From assembly GCA_016191875.1 (NCBI GenBank), contig JACPVG010000016.1, forward strand, positions 42,444 through 106,443: DNA of 64,000 bases, written 5' to 3'. Below are positions 16,944 through 26,501 of this stretch, piece after piece (position 1 is the stretch's first letter; each line of letters begins with the position of its first letter). The DNA is from Chloroflexota bacterium. GTDB taxonomy: Bacteria; Chloroflexota; Anaerolineae; Anaerolineales; UBA11579. The notes below the pieces were generated by a model. The model was given only the letters and a program-made list of their open reading frames with translations, did no database searches and had not been told where the DNA came from. The translations under genes were made by a program, and so were the position numbers.

Positions 16944-18701
16944 GTGAGCCGACGAAAAAGCAATCCCACCCAGAAGTGGTACGCGATTGACCTGCACTTG
17001 CATACGCCCGCGTCCAGCGACTACCAGCAAGAAGGGGTGACCTATCTGGATATCCTCAAGCGGGCCGAGACGCGCGCAGTCGATATCATCGCTTTTACCG
17101 ACCACAACACCGTGGCCGGCTATCGCAAGATGTACGAAGAAATCGAGCAGCTACGTCTGCTGGAGAACCTCAAGCGGATACTGCCGGAGGAGACATCCAG
17201 ACTGAAAGAATACGAGCGCCTGCTCAGGAAAGTGCTTGTGTTGCCGGGTTTTGAATTCACCGCCACCTTCGGATTTCACATACTGGGCGTCTTCCCGCCC
17301 GAGAAACCGATACGCGAGATCGAACATATTCTGCTGGATCTCAACGTGCCATCCGACCAGCTGGATGAGGGATCGGTAACCGTTGGGGCTTCTGCGGATG
17401 TGCTCTCGGCCTATGAAGCCATCCGTGGCGCCGGCGGGCTGGCCATTGCGGCGCACGCCAATTCAAGCAATGGCGTGGCGATGCGCGGGTTTCCCTTCGG
17501 CGGCCAGACCAAGATCGCCTATACACAGGACCCGCATCTGCACGCCCTGGAGGTGACGGACCTGGATCAACCTGGAGGGCGCACGACCGCCGGGTTCTTC
17601 TCCGGCATCAAGCCGGAGTACCCGCGCCGGATGCACTGCATCCAGGGGTCAGATGCCCACCGGCTGGATGGCGACCCCGCGCGCAAGAAGAATCCCGGCG
17701 TAGGGGAGCGGGTAACCGAGGTACTGCTCTCCTCGCCTTCGTTTGCCGCATTGGAGGCGCTGTTTTCCAGCAACGATTTTGCTCGAACACGGCCGCGCCG
17801 CAAACAGAAGGAAGACGCCGAATACGATTACATCCAGGCTGCCCAGGGCGAAGGCGGCAATATCATTCAGGATTTCCATGAACAAATGACGGTGCGCGGC
17901 GGCAAGCTCTATGCGGTTATCGCCGACGTGTGCGCGTTCGCGAATACCAATGGCGGTACGCTCTACATTGGCCTGGGCCGTGATCCGAAAGCCACTCCTC
18001 CGGGAGTCTCAAACGCCCAGCAGGCGGTGAAACAACTGGAGCAGGAAATCAGCACGCGCATCAGCCCGCCGCTCGCTTGCACTGTGGATAGCCACCATTC
18101 GCGCGGCAAGAACATCCTGCGCATTCTGGTGCCGCGCGGCGAGCAACCGCCGTATGCGGTGGACGAAAGCAAGATCTACATCCGGGAAGAAAACGAGACC
18201 AGCCTGGCCGTCCGGGACGAGATCGTCAACCTGATCCTGAGCGGCCAGAGCGCTCAACGGCTCAGCGCGCCGCCCATCCCGGAAGGGCGCACGCGAAAAG
18301 CACCCGCGGCGACCCCGCCTCTGGCGACAACGCGGGCCGCCGGAACCGCTGCGCCGCCGCGTACCGGCGTTGAGATTGTTTCCGTTACGGAGCGCGATGG
18401 TCAGGCGTATTACACGGTTAAGGATCTACGCAATGGTAACCAGGTCACAAACGTAACGATCAAGTCGGCGCGCCGCCTGTGGCATTATGCCATCACCAAG
18501 TATGCAGAAATGCCGAAGGATCTGAAGCAGGCGAACGTGAAATGGCATGGCGACCTCGGCCTGTTGCGCAGTTACAAGATGGGGCAGGGCGAACGGTTTG
18601 ATCTGGTGCAGCGCGGTGAGGAGTCGCCGCGCTTTTACTTTGGTGTGACCGAGGATGGCATCGACGGCCAGTGGCGGCAATTGCTCGGGCTGGACGAATA
18701 G
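16944..18701 (+). CDS. PHP-domain phosphoesterase fused to an AlbA_2 (Schlafen-like) nucleic-acid-binding domain plus an unknown C-terminal domain
   Basis: PHP motifs YAIDLHLHTPASSDY, IIAFTDHNT, AAHANS, GSDAH. AlbA_2-like VCAFANTNGGTLYIGLGRD...ILRILVPRGEQPPY. GTG start. Confidence 0.8.
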   Translation: MSRRKSNPTQKWYAIDLHLHTPASSDYQQEGVTYLDILKRAETRAVDIIAFTDHNTVAGYRKMYEEIEQLRLLENLKRILPEETSRLKEYERLLRKVLVLPGFEFTATFGFHILGVFPPEKPIREIEHILLDLNVPSDQLDEGSVTVGASADVLSAYEAIRGAGGLAIAAHANSSNGVAMRGFPFGGQTKIAYTQDPHLHALEVTDLDQPGGRTTAGFFSGIKPEYPRRMHCIQGSDAHRLDGDPARKKNPGVGERVTEVLLSSPSFAALEALFSSNDFARTRPRRKQKEDAEYDYIQAAQGEGGNIIQDFHEQMTVRGGKLYAVIADVCAFANTNGGTLYIGLGRDPKATPPGVSNAQQAVKQLEQEISTRISPPLACTVDSHHSRGKNILRILVPRGEQPPYAVDESKIYIREENETSLAVRDEIVNLILSGQSAQRLSAPPIPEGRTRKAPAATPPLATTRAAGTAAPPRTGVEIVSVTERDGQAYYTVKDLRNGNQVTNVTIKSARRLWHYAITKYAEMPKDLKQANVKWHGDLGLLRSYKMGQGERFDLVQRGEESPRFYFGVTEDGIDGQWRQLLGLDE

Positions 18702-18704
18702 CCA

Positions 18705-19211
18705 ATGAGTTTACGGTTCGCGATCCTGACAGTCTCGGACCGATCGGCGCGCGGCGAGCGGGAGGACATCTCCGGGGCGCGGCTGGCGCAGGCGGTGGCG
18801 GAAGCCGGCTGGCAGGTCGTGGCGCAGAGCGTGTGCCCGGACGAAATTCCCGAAATCACAGCTTATTTGAAGAACTGGACGGCGAGCGGCGACGTTGACG
18901 TCATTCTGACGACCGGGGGGACCGGGTTTGCGCCGCGTGACGTGACGCCGGAAGCGACCCTGAAGGTTATCGAACGACCGGCTCCCGGCCTGGCGGAAGC
19001 CATCCGGGCGGAAGGCCGCAAGACCATGCCGCATGCGATGCTCTCGCGGGCCGTGGCCGGCATTCGCGGGCAGACCATCCTCTTAAACCTGCCCGGGAAC
19101 CCGAAGGGGGTTGAGGAAGCCTGGGAGGTGGTGCGGCCGGTTTTGGCGCACGCGGCGGCTCTGCTGAAGGGGGACCAGGCGGCCGAAGGCAGCCACCGCA
19201 AGGCGGAATGA
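18705..19211 (+). CDS. mog: Molybdopterin adenylyltransferase MogA/MoaB family
   Basis: AILTVSDRSARGEREDISG...ILTTGGTGFAPRDVTPEAT...LPGNPKG. Confidence 0.88.
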   Translation: MSLRFAILTVSDRSARGEREDISGARLAQAVAEAGWQVVAQSVCPDEIPEITAYLKNWTASGDVDVILTTGGTGFAPRDVTPEATLKVIERPAPGLAEAIRAEGRKTMPHAMLSRAVAGIRGQTILLNLPGNPKGVEEAWEVVRPVLAHAAALLKGDQAAEGSHRKAE

Positions 19212-19245
19212 TGCACGAGCATTCCCCCGAGATTGAAGGAGGCAG

Positions 19246-20394
19246 CTACTCGCCCAGGACGTGCCGGGCGATCACCATCCTCTGAATCTCGCTGGTCCCC
19301 TCGCCAATCGTCATCAAGCGGACATCCCGATAGATGCGCTCAACCGGGTATTCACGGCTGTAGCCATAGCCGCCGTGAATCTGGATGGCGTTGCGGCAAA
19401 CGCGCTCGGCGGCCTCGGTGGCGAACAGTTTTGCCATGGCGGCCTGCCGGGAAAAGGGCTGTCCGTTCTGCTTGAGGTAGGCGGCTTTATGGACCATCAG
19501 CCGGGCGGCCTCGATCTCCGTGGCGGCATCTGCCAGCATCCATTGAATGGCCTGGTGGCTGGCGAGTGGCTGGCCGAATGTATGGCGCTGTTTGGCGTAG
19601 GCAATGGCTTCTTCGTGGGCAGCGCGCGCCAGTCCAATCGAGAGCGCGCCGATGCCAATGCGGCCGCCGTCCAGCGTTTCCAGGGTGTAATGCAACCCTT
19701 GCCCCTCTTCGCCGATGAGGAACTCCACGGGAACGCGCACGTCTTCATAGGCCACAGCGTGGGTGGGCGAGCCTTTGAGGCCCATCTTCTTCTCTGTCGG
19801 GCTGATGTGAAGGCCATGTGAATCCGTGGGCACCAGTATCAGGCTAAGCGAGCGCGAGCCGCCAGCCGGGTCGGTGCGAACCAGTGTGACGATGAAATCG
19901 GCGATGCTGGCGTTGGTGGTCCACATCTTGGCGCCGTTGATCACCCACTGGTCGCCATCCCGCGCGGCACGGGTGGCAACGCCGCCCTTGAGGTCAGAGC
20001 CGGCCCCCGGTTCTGTGAGGGCGAGCGCGGCCAGGCGACCCTGGCCGGAGACGGCCGGCGGGAGGAAGCGTTGTTTCAATTCCGGGGAGCCAAATCCGGC
20101 GACCGGCGCACAGCCCAGGCCATTGTGGGCGGCGATGGCGAGCGCGGTGCTGCCACAACCCCAGCCGAGCTCCTCGATGGCAATGGCGGCGCTGATGGCG
20201 TCCACCCCGGGGCCGCCGAATTCCTCCGGGACGTTCAGCCCCAAGAGGCCGATAGGGCCCATTTTGTGCGTGGCTTCCCAGTTGAACTCGCCCGATTCGT
20301 CGACTTCGCCGGCGCGCGGCTTCACTTCGCGGACGACGAATTCGTGGACTGCGGTACGCCACATTTCCTGTTCTGCGGTGAGGTCGAAGTGCAT
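19246..20394 (-). CDS. Acyl-CoA dehydrogenase
   Basis: MHFDLTAEQEMWRTAVHEFV...LTEPGAGSD...IHGGYGYSREYPVERIYRDVRLMTIGEGTSEIQ. Confidence 0.93.
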   Translation of the reverse strand: MHFDLTAEQEMWRTAVHEFVVREVKPRAGEVDESGEFNWEATHKMGPIGLLGLNVPEEFGGPGVDAISAAIAIEELGWGCGSTALAIAAHNGLGCAPVAGFGSPELKQRFLPPAVSGQGRLAALALTEPGAGSDLKGGVATRAARDGDQWVINGAKMWTTNASIADFIVTLVRTDPAGGSRSLSLILVPTDSHGLHISPTEKKMGLKGSPTHAVAYEDVRVPVEFLIGEEGQGLHYTLETLDGGRIGIGALSIGLARAAHEEAIAYAKQRHTFGQPLASHQAIQWMLADAATEIEAARLMVHKAAYLKQNGQPFSRQAAMAKLFATEAAERVCRNAIQIHGGYGYSREYPVERIYRDVRLMTIGEGTSEIQRMVIARHVLGE

Positions 20395-20455
20395 CGCTGC
20401 TCCATGTTCCGTGATGGGTTAGTTGGCTGGCGGCATCCGCGATCCGAGCCCGAGG

Positions 20456-22411
20456 TCAGCGGGCATGCCGAATCTCATCGAGGGATTCGGGATTAACAAG
20501 GCTGGAGGTATCACCCGGGTCCAGGCTGAGATGGGCGGCGCGGACCATCCTGCGCATGACCTTGGCATTTCGGGTCTTGGGGACATCGCCGACGAAGAAA
20601 ATCGCTTTGGGGGCGAGGGGTTTGCCGAGAGCGGCGATGACCTTTTGGGCCAGTTCCGAACGCAGGGTTTCGTCCGCCTCCAGACCAGGCTGGAGCACGC
20701 AAAATACCACCAGTTCGCTGCCTTTGATCTCGTGTGGGATGCCGATAGCGGCGGCTTCCACAATTGCGGGGTGTTCGACCAGGATAGACTCGACCTCCGC
20801 CGGGCCAAGGCGTTTTCCGGCAATCTTAATGGTGTCGTCGGAGCGGCCAAGGATGTACCAGAGGCCGTCGCCATCGATGGCGGCCCAATCGCCATGCAGC
20901 CAGACTCCGGGCCAGCGGTTCCAGTACGTCTCCTCGTAACGGGCGGCATCTTTCCAGAAACCGCGCGTCATCCCGATCCAGGGGGCTTTGATAACCAGTT
21001 CACCGACCTGTTCCCTGACCGAATTGCCCTGTTCGTCGAAGATGTCGGCGGCGATGCCCGGGCAGGGGCCCGAAAAGGCAGCGGGCTTGAGCGGAAGGAT
21101 GGGATTGCCCATGACGATACCGCCGGAGATCTCTGTGCCCCCGGAGTAGTTGATGATAGGTCGCTGGCTTTTTCCGACCTTTTCAAAAAGCCACATCCAG
21201 GGGTCAGGATTCCAGGGCTCGCCGGTGCTGGCAAAGAAGCGTAAGCTGGACAGGTCGTGATTCTCGAAGGGAGCATCACCATGGGGGATCAGCGAACGCA
21301 CGAGGGTGGGCGAAAGGCCAAGGATACTGACTTCGTGGGCTTCCACCAGAGCCCACAGGCGATCCGGCCCCGGATAATCGGGGGCGCCGTCATAGATCAT
21401 CAGCGTCGCGCCGAGGAGCAGCGCGCCGAACACCAGCCACGGGCCCATCATCCAGCCCATATCGGTCATCCAGTAGATGGTATCTTCGGGATGTACGTCG
21501 GTGCCGAAGGACATATCCTGGGCGGCCTTGACTGGAAAACCGCAATGGGTGTGGACCGCGCCCTTTGGCCTGCCGGTTGTGCCGGATGTGTAAATTACCA
21601 TGAGCACGTCTTCGGCGGATGTGCCTTCGGTGTCGGCCCGAGTGGACTGGGAGGCGACAAGCGCCTGCCAACCATGGTCGCGCCCGGTTTCCATTTCCGG
21701 CGCGAGGCCGACCCGGTCAAGGACGATCATATGGCGCAGGGTGGGGACCTGCTGGGCTGCCTGGTCGGCGACGGGCTTGAGGGCGACGGGCTGGCCGCGA
21801 CGGAAGAAACCATCGGCGGTGAAGAGCGCTTTTGCGCCGGCATCGTTGAGGCGCGAGACGATGGCGCTGACGCCGTAGCCTGAGAACAGGGGCAGGATGA
21901 TGCCGCCGATCTTGGCTATAGCCAGCAGCGCCACCACGATCTCCGGCGTCATGGGCATGAAGATGCCGATGGCATCGCCCCTGCCCAGGCCCAATGAGCG
22001 CAGGGCGTTGGCGGCCTGATTCACCTGGTCGTGGAGCTGGCGATAGGTGAGCGTTCGGGTGGTTCCTTCTTCGCCTTCCCATCTGACGGCAGGCGCATCG
22101 GCCCGGGGGGTGTCCATGTACTTATCGAGGCAGTTGTGGACGATGTTCAATTTGCCGCCCACGCACCAGGCGGGCCAGGCAAGGCCTTTACTCAGATCAA
22201 GGACGGACTGATACGGTTGGTAAAACTCGATGTTAAGGAACTTCAGGATCGCGTCGCTGAACCAAGCCGGGTCATCTGTGGAGCGCTGCATGAGCGCGTC
22301 GAAATCCTGTAGGTTGTGGAGGCGCATGAAGTGGGTGAGGTTGGCGCGCTCGATGTGCTCGCGGGTCGGCCGCCAGACCACTTCTCCGCCAAACTGGAAT
22401 TGCTCGGTCAT
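20456..22411 (-). CDS. AMP-forming acyl-CoA synthetase (acetyl-/acetoacetyl-CoA synthetase-like)
   Basis: 651 aa. AMP-binding motif YTSGTTGRPKG, ACS-like N-terminus, ...GDVPKTRNAKVMRR. Confidence 0.88.
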   Translation of the reverse strand: MTEQFQFGGEVVWRPTREHIERANLTHFMRLHNLQDFDALMQRSTDDPAWFSDAILKFLNIEFYQPYQSVLDLSKGLAWPAWCVGGKLNIVHNCLDKYMDTPRADAPAVRWEGEEGTTRTLTYRQLHDQVNQAANALRSLGLGRGDAIGIFMPMTPEIVVALLAIAKIGGIILPLFSGYGVSAIVSRLNDAGAKALFTADGFFRRGQPVALKPVADQAAQQVPTLRHMIVLDRVGLAPEMETGRDHGWQALVASQSTRADTEGTSAEDVLMVIYTSGTTGRPKGAVHTHCGFPVKAAQDMSFGTDVHPEDTIYWMTDMGWMMGPWLVFGALLLGATLMIYDGAPDYPGPDRLWALVEAHEVSILGLSPTLVRSLIPHGDAPFENHDLSSLRFFASTGEPWNPDPWMWLFEKVGKSQRPIINYSGGTEISGGIVMGNPILPLKPAAFSGPCPGIAADIFDEQGNSVREQVGELVIKAPWIGMTRGFWKDAARYEETYWNRWPGVWLHGDWAAIDGDGLWYILGRSDDTIKIAGKRLGPAEVESILVEHPAIVEAAAIGIPHEIKGSELVVFCVLQPGLEADETLRSELAQKVIAALGKPLAPKAIFFVGDVPKTRNAKVMRRMVRAAHLSLDPGDTSSLVNPESLDEIRHAR

Positions 22412-22462
22412 ATCGGCTCCTGTGCTTTCGGGCGCGATTTTACCAAAGGCGCAACATGCGGG

Positions 22463-23485
22463 TTACAGGCGCGCCAGCAATGCGGCCGGGTTGGCCGTGA
22501 ATTCCGCGCGTCGGTCCGGATTCCAGACCAATTCCAGGAGGAGCGAAGTCAACAGCCGATTGACGGGCGCAGGTATCCCCAGGGCTTGTGCGGCACTGAC
22601 GACCGCGCCGTTCAGGCTACTTACTTCACTCTCCCGACCGCCGCTTTGGAGGTCCAGGTAAAGGGAGGGCATCTTCTCCCCGCGACCCTTCCCGATAGCC
22701 CGGATGAGGAGCGGCTGGGACAGGCGGGTGGGCAGCCGCGAGGCGGCGAAGGCCAAAGCCTGCACGGGTGTTCGCGGAAGGTTTACAACGTCCAAGCCCA
22801 GGCCGCGCATGACAGCCAGAGCTTCGCGCAGCATCGCCATTTCGAGGCGGAACAGCCCGTAGTGGGAGTACACCTGACGGGGGGGCAGTTCCAAAACCGC
22901 CGATGTGGCGTTGCTGACCAGGTTCGTGAGGAGCTTGGACCACTTCATCGCATCGGCGTCCGGATAGTGTCGCGGGTTGAGGCCGGCGTTCTCGAAGGCG
23001 GTCAGGATGGCCGGGACCAGCGGGTGCGACCCGGCGATGCCAATGCCGCGCAGCCGCTCTACCGCCACGCGCCCAGTTCCGAGACGCGCAACCGCGGTCG
23101 TGACGGTGGCGGGAATGACTTTTCCGCCACCGAGGACGGCGGCGATGCGGGGTTCGTTCTCCACGCCGTTCTGGAGGCAGAGGATCGGCGGGATTTCCTT
23201 CAGATGCGGCCGCATCCCCTCCAGGGCGGTCTCGGTATCGTAGGACTTCAGGGCGAATAGAGCCAGGTCGAACGGCCCGTGCACCATGGCGGCCTCAAGG
23301 GTGTCAACCGCGTGAACTCCTTCAACATGAATCTGCGCGTTGTTGACGGTGAGGTGCAGGCCGCCGGCGCTGAGCAAGGGGATATTGGCAGAGCGCTCGA
23401 GGATGACGATGGTATGGCTCTGAGCGCCAAGACTGGCGGCGATGTAGGAACCGATGGCTCCCGCGCCTATGCTGAGAACCTTCAT
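22463..23485 (-). CDS. Ketopantoate reductase (ApbA/PanE) family oxidoreductase
   Basis: MKVLSIGAGAIGSYIA (Rossmann), ...KWSKLLTNL... C-terminal domain pattern. ATGA overlap with the upstream gene. Confidence 0.8.
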   Translation of the reverse strand: MKVLSIGAGAIGSYIAASLGAQSHTIVILERSANIPLLSAGGLHLTVNNAQIHVEGVHAVDTLEAAMVHGPFDLALFALKSYDTETALEGMRPHLKEIPPILCLQNGVENEPRIAAVLGGGKVIPATVTTAVARLGTGRVAVERLRGIGIAGSHPLVPAILTAFENAGLNPRHYPDADAMKWSKLLTNLVSNATSAVLELPPRQVYSHYGLFRLEMAMLREALAVMRGLGLDVVNLPRTPVQALAFAASRLPTRLSQPLLIRAIGKGRGEKMPSLYLDLQSGGRESEVSSLNGAVVSAAQALGIPAPVNRLLTSLLLELVWNPDRRAEFTANPAALLARL

Positions 23486-23934
23486 GACTGGCGGTCTTTC
23501 AATCGGAAGACGAACTTGAGCCCGGACCAGATGTCGTCAATGGCGGCGACCTTTACATCCACCAGGCCCAGAGAGAGGCCGGCGGCCCGAACGATGTTTT
23601 CATCGAGGTCGCTGGCGACGCCGGATGCCTTCTTGGGCCACGAGACCCACAGCAGGCCATCCGGGCGCAGCCGTTCTTTGGCTTTTCCGAAATCTTGCTC
23701 AAGGTCAGCGCGATGGCGGGCGAACAGATGGATGAAGTCCACGTCGGTGATGGCCGAAAGGGTTGTGGCGTATGGCTGGATGGATTCGCCCAGCAGGTCT
23801 TTGTAGGGCTGGGGCGCGTTGAGTACCAGGATGCGATGGTCTGGCTTGATGCCCAGCTTGGCGCGCAGCGGCTTGCGTGAGTACCCTGAGGTGGTTGGCA
23901 TGAGGATGACCGGCGGAATCAAGGCCGCAGCCAA
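23482..23934 (-). CDS. DUF3052-like protein
   Basis: SGYSRKPLRAKLGIKPDHRILVLNAP...DGLLWVSWPKKASG...: DUF3052-like pattern. Start uncertain (TTG at 23934 or ATG at 23901). Confidence 0.65.
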   Translation of the reverse strand: MAAALIPPVILMPTTSGYSRKPLRAKLGIKPDHRILVLNAPQPYKDLLGESIQPYATTLSAITDVDFIHLFARHRADLEQDFGKAKERLRPDGLLWVSWPKKASGVASDLDENIVRAAGLSLGLVDVKVAAIDDIWSGLKFVFRLKDRQS

Positions 23935-24830
23935 TCGCGCGCACCAAGCAGAAATGCCTTGCCGTCCATGGGTCGCTTGCCAGGCGGCTGAACTTCTCTC
24001 AGTATCAGAATGCCGTCACCTGTGCCAAGCGCCGGCCAACCATCCACAACAAGCCTTTCGCCTGGCCGGGAAGCCCGCCCCATGCTGCTGGCGGAAAGGA
24101 TCTTCAGTGAAACGGCGCCGATTTGAATGAATGCGCCCGGCCAGGGTTGGTAGGCGCGCACCTGGCGTGTAAGCTCATTCGCAGGGCGTGAGCAATCGAG
24201 CATTCCGTCTTCTTTCTTAAGCATGGGCGCGTAGGTGGCGTCCGCCTCGGACTGCGGCTGGGGCTTGATATCACCGGCGATGTATCCGGGCAGGGTCCCC
24301 ACCAGGAGACGGGCGCCACGTTCGGCCAGGCGAGCCGAGAGGGTCTGGGCGGTATCTTCGGGGAGGATAGTTTCTGGTTCCTGCGCCAGAATTGGACCCG
24401 TGTCGATGCCTTTGTCCATTTTCATGATGGTGACGCCGGTGACTGGGTCGCCATGGAAAATGGCGGCGTTGATGGGCGCGGCGCCGCGCCAGCGCGGCAA
24501 GAGCGAAGCGTGAACATTGATGCAACCGTGTCTGGGGAGATCCAGGACCGGCTGGCCGAGAATCTGGCCGAAGGCAGCGACAACGATGAGGTCGGGCCGC
24601 CAGGCGCGCAGAGGCTCAAGCGCTTCGCCGCGCAGACGGTCTGGCTGGAAGACGGGCAAGCCCAGGGCCAGGGCAGCCTCTTTCACCGGTGGGGGAGTGA
24701 GCGCGCGGCCGCGTCCGGCGGACCGGTCTGGCTGGGTGACCACGCCCACCAGCGCAAACTGCCGATTCAAGGCGAACAGCGAAGGGACGGCAAATTGGGG
24801 AGAACCCATGAAGACCACGCGTGCGGACAT
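23919..24830 (-). CDS. fmt: Methionyl-tRNA formyltransferase
   Basis: MSARVVFMGSPQFAVPSL...VVTQPDRSAGRGR...INVHASLLPRWRGAAPI. Start trimmed from 24863 to the ATG at 24830. Confidence 0.93.
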   Translation of the reverse strand: MSARVVFMGSPQFAVPSLFALNRQFALVGVVTQPDRSAGRGRALTPPPVKEAALALGLPVFQPDRLRGEALEPLRAWRPDLIVVAAFGQILGQPVLDLPRHGCINVHASLLPRWRGAAPINAAIFHGDPVTGVTIMKMDKGIDTGPILAQEPETILPEDTAQTLSARLAERGARLLVGTLPGYIAGDIKPQPQSEADATYAPMLKKEDGMLDCSRPANELTRQVRAYQPWPGAFIQIGAVSLKILSASSMGRASRPGERLVVDGWPALGTGDGILILREVQPPGKRPMDGKAFLLGARDWLRP

Positions 24831-24991
24831 CGTGAGGATTTTAACATACGCCCACGCGGGCATTCATGGCGTAACCTTCCGTCCGAACCGGGGTTAAGAG
24901 ATTCGACCGGTGAAAAACATGCAAGGAATGCGCGCATCGGTTAGAATCCAGGCAAATCCGATCTTTCAATTTTATCCAGGAGGCTGTCGTC

Positions 24992-25327
24992 ATGTCTGAA
25001 CAAAATATGGGCCAGGGGATGATGGATGTAACCAGCGATGACAAGCTGTGGGCTGCACTGGCCTACGTTTTCTCGCCGCTGGTGCCGATCATCCTCATGC
25101 TGATGGAGGAAAAGAAGAACCGGCCGTTCATCCGCGCCCACAATGCCCAGGCTCTGGTGGTGGGCATTGTCATGGCCGTGGTGCTGCCGTTCATTGCGGC
25201 AGTCACGCTCGGCTGCGGCGGCCTGCTCTGGTTCGTGATGGTCTTCTGGGCCGTAAAGGCTTACCAGGGCCAGATGGTGAACATTCCGTTGATCACCGAT
25301 TTCGTCAAGAACCAGGGCTGGGCGTAG
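24992..25327 (+). CDS. Small membrane protein, DUF4870-like
   Basis: KLWAALAYVFSPLVPIILMLMEEKKNRPFIRAHNAQAL... with 2-3 TM helices. GGAGG SD. Confidence 0.7.
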   Translation: MSEQNMGQGMMDVTSDDKLWAALAYVFSPLVPIILMLMEEKKNRPFIRAHNAQALVVGIVMAVVLPFIAAVTLGCGGLLWFVMVFWAVKAYQGQMVNIPLITDFVKNQGWA

Positions 25328-25371
25328 GCGTCTGGCGCAAGACGCCAAAACAAATCCCGTTCTTGTTTTAG

Positions 25372-25427
25372 GGTGTGGCCCCCTGCGTGCGTAAGCGCGC
25401 GATCATTGGGGGCCCACCTTTGTTTTT
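25372..25427 (+). terminator. Rho-independent terminator candidate (large-loop hairpin plus T-run)
   Basis: GGTGTGGCCCCC ... GGGGGCCCACC followed by TTTGTTTTT. Confidence 0.45.
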
Positions 25428-25468
25428 AGTCGACAACCCAGTATCATTGAAGGAGAGGGATAACGAAG

Positions 25469-25828
25469 ATGGAAAAACCAACCCAACTGAACACTATTGG
25501 TATCATGATGCTGGTTAGTGGAATCGTAAATGTGCTCTATGCGGCTGGCTTGTTTTGCTCGATTGCGTTGGGCGTACTGGCGACCTTTGGCCTCAGCCTG
25601 CTGTGCCTTCCGTTGCTGCTGGTACCTCTGATTCTGGGCGCATTTGAAATTGTCGTGGCGAGCAGACTGATGGGCAGTGGCAAGGTGGGCGCCCAGACAA
25701 TTCAGATAATCGCAGTCCTGGAGATCGTCAGTCTATTGTGGGGCAACGTAATCTCCGCCGTCCTAGGGATTCTGGCGCTTGTGTTTTATAATAGTGAGGA
25801 AGTCAGGGCGCATTACAGCGCTCAGTAG
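25469..25828 (+). CDS. Hypothetical small membrane protein (about 4 TM)
   Basis: Strongly hydrophobic 119-aa ORF with a GGAGAGGG SD region. No family recognised. Confidence 0.6.
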   Translation: MEKPTQLNTIGIMMLVSGIVNVLYAAGLFCSIALGVLATFGLSLLCLPLLLVPLILGAFEIVVASRLMGSGKVGAQTIQIIAVLEIVSLLWGNVISAVLGILALVFYNSEEVRAHYSAQ

Positions 25829-25850
25829 GAAAAAATTACCAGCGGTTGCA

Positions 25851-26043
25851 GGGGAGAGCACCAGCCTGAAAAGGCTGGTCACCGAAGGGGCAAACCCATC
25901 CGCATGGCCGGATGGGTGAAACTCTCAGGTAAATGGACCCTGCCGCCGCCACTCTCTGGAAAGTCTCCGATGACTTTGTCGGAGACACCGACGGGGCAAG
26001 GACGGCCTGTGCCGTTCGAATCTCTCAGGTTCTCGACAGAGGG
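25851..26043 (+). promoter_or_regulatory. Tandem glycine riboswitch (two aptamers)
   Basis: Aptamer 1: GGGGAGAG...CACCGAAGGGGCAA...CTCTCAGGTAAATGGACC. Aptamer 2: CTCTGGAAAG...ACACCGACGGGGCAA...CTCTCAGGTTCTCGACAGAG. Directly upstream of gcvH. Confidence 0.9.
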
Positions 26044-26071
26044 CGCACGCGTTCTTCGCGTGCGCCTTTTT
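26042..26071 (+). terminator. Riboswitch expression-platform terminator
   Basis: GGCGCACGCG-TTCTTC-GCGTGCGCC followed by TTTTT. Its 5' arm abuts the P1 3' strand of aptamer 2. Confidence 0.7.
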
Positions 26072-26108
26072 CGTTATTTCCGAACTACGGCAGACCTGGA
26101 GGTTGTTG

Positions 26109-26501
26109 ATGAATATCCCCAAAGACCTGAAGTACACCCCGAACGACGAGTGGCTGCGGGTGGAAGGCAAGAAAGGCACGATTGGCATCACCGACTATGC
26201 TCAGGACCAACTCTCCGATATCGTGTTCATCGAATACACCGTTTCCCCCGGCGATGAGATCAAGAAAGGGACCGCGTTCGGGACGGTGGAATCGGTGAAG
26301 GCGGCGTCGGATATCTATTTGCCGGTAAGTGGGAAAGTGCTGGCCATCAATGAAGGGTTGCAGAACGCGCCCGAAACTGTAAACAGCGACCCGTACGGCA
26401 AGGCCTGGATGATCGAGATTGAACTCACGGAAGCGGGTGAGTTAGAGGGCCTGCTGGATGCTGCCGGATATGAGCAGCATTGCAAAGAAAGGGACGCCTG
26501 A
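26109..26501 (+). CDS. gcvH: Glycine cleavage system H protein
   Basis: YTPNDEWLRVEGKKGTIGITDYAQ...VESVKAASDIYLPVSG (lipoyl-Lys motif). ATG at 26109 lies 7 nt after GGAGG. Confidence 0.93.
   Translation: MNIPKDLKYTPNDEWLRVEGKKGTIGITDYAQDQLSDIVFIEYTVSPGDEIKKGTAFGTVESVKAASDIYLPVSGKVLAINEGLQNAPETVNSDPYGKAWMIEIELTEAGELEGLLDAAGYEQHCKERDA

Noticed and set aside
25904-26257. 117-aa + strand ORF, and its 88-aa antisense partner at 25925-26191.
   Set aside because: They lie on top of the tandem glycine riboswitch, its terminator and the gcvH start. The RNA element explains the sequence conservation features.
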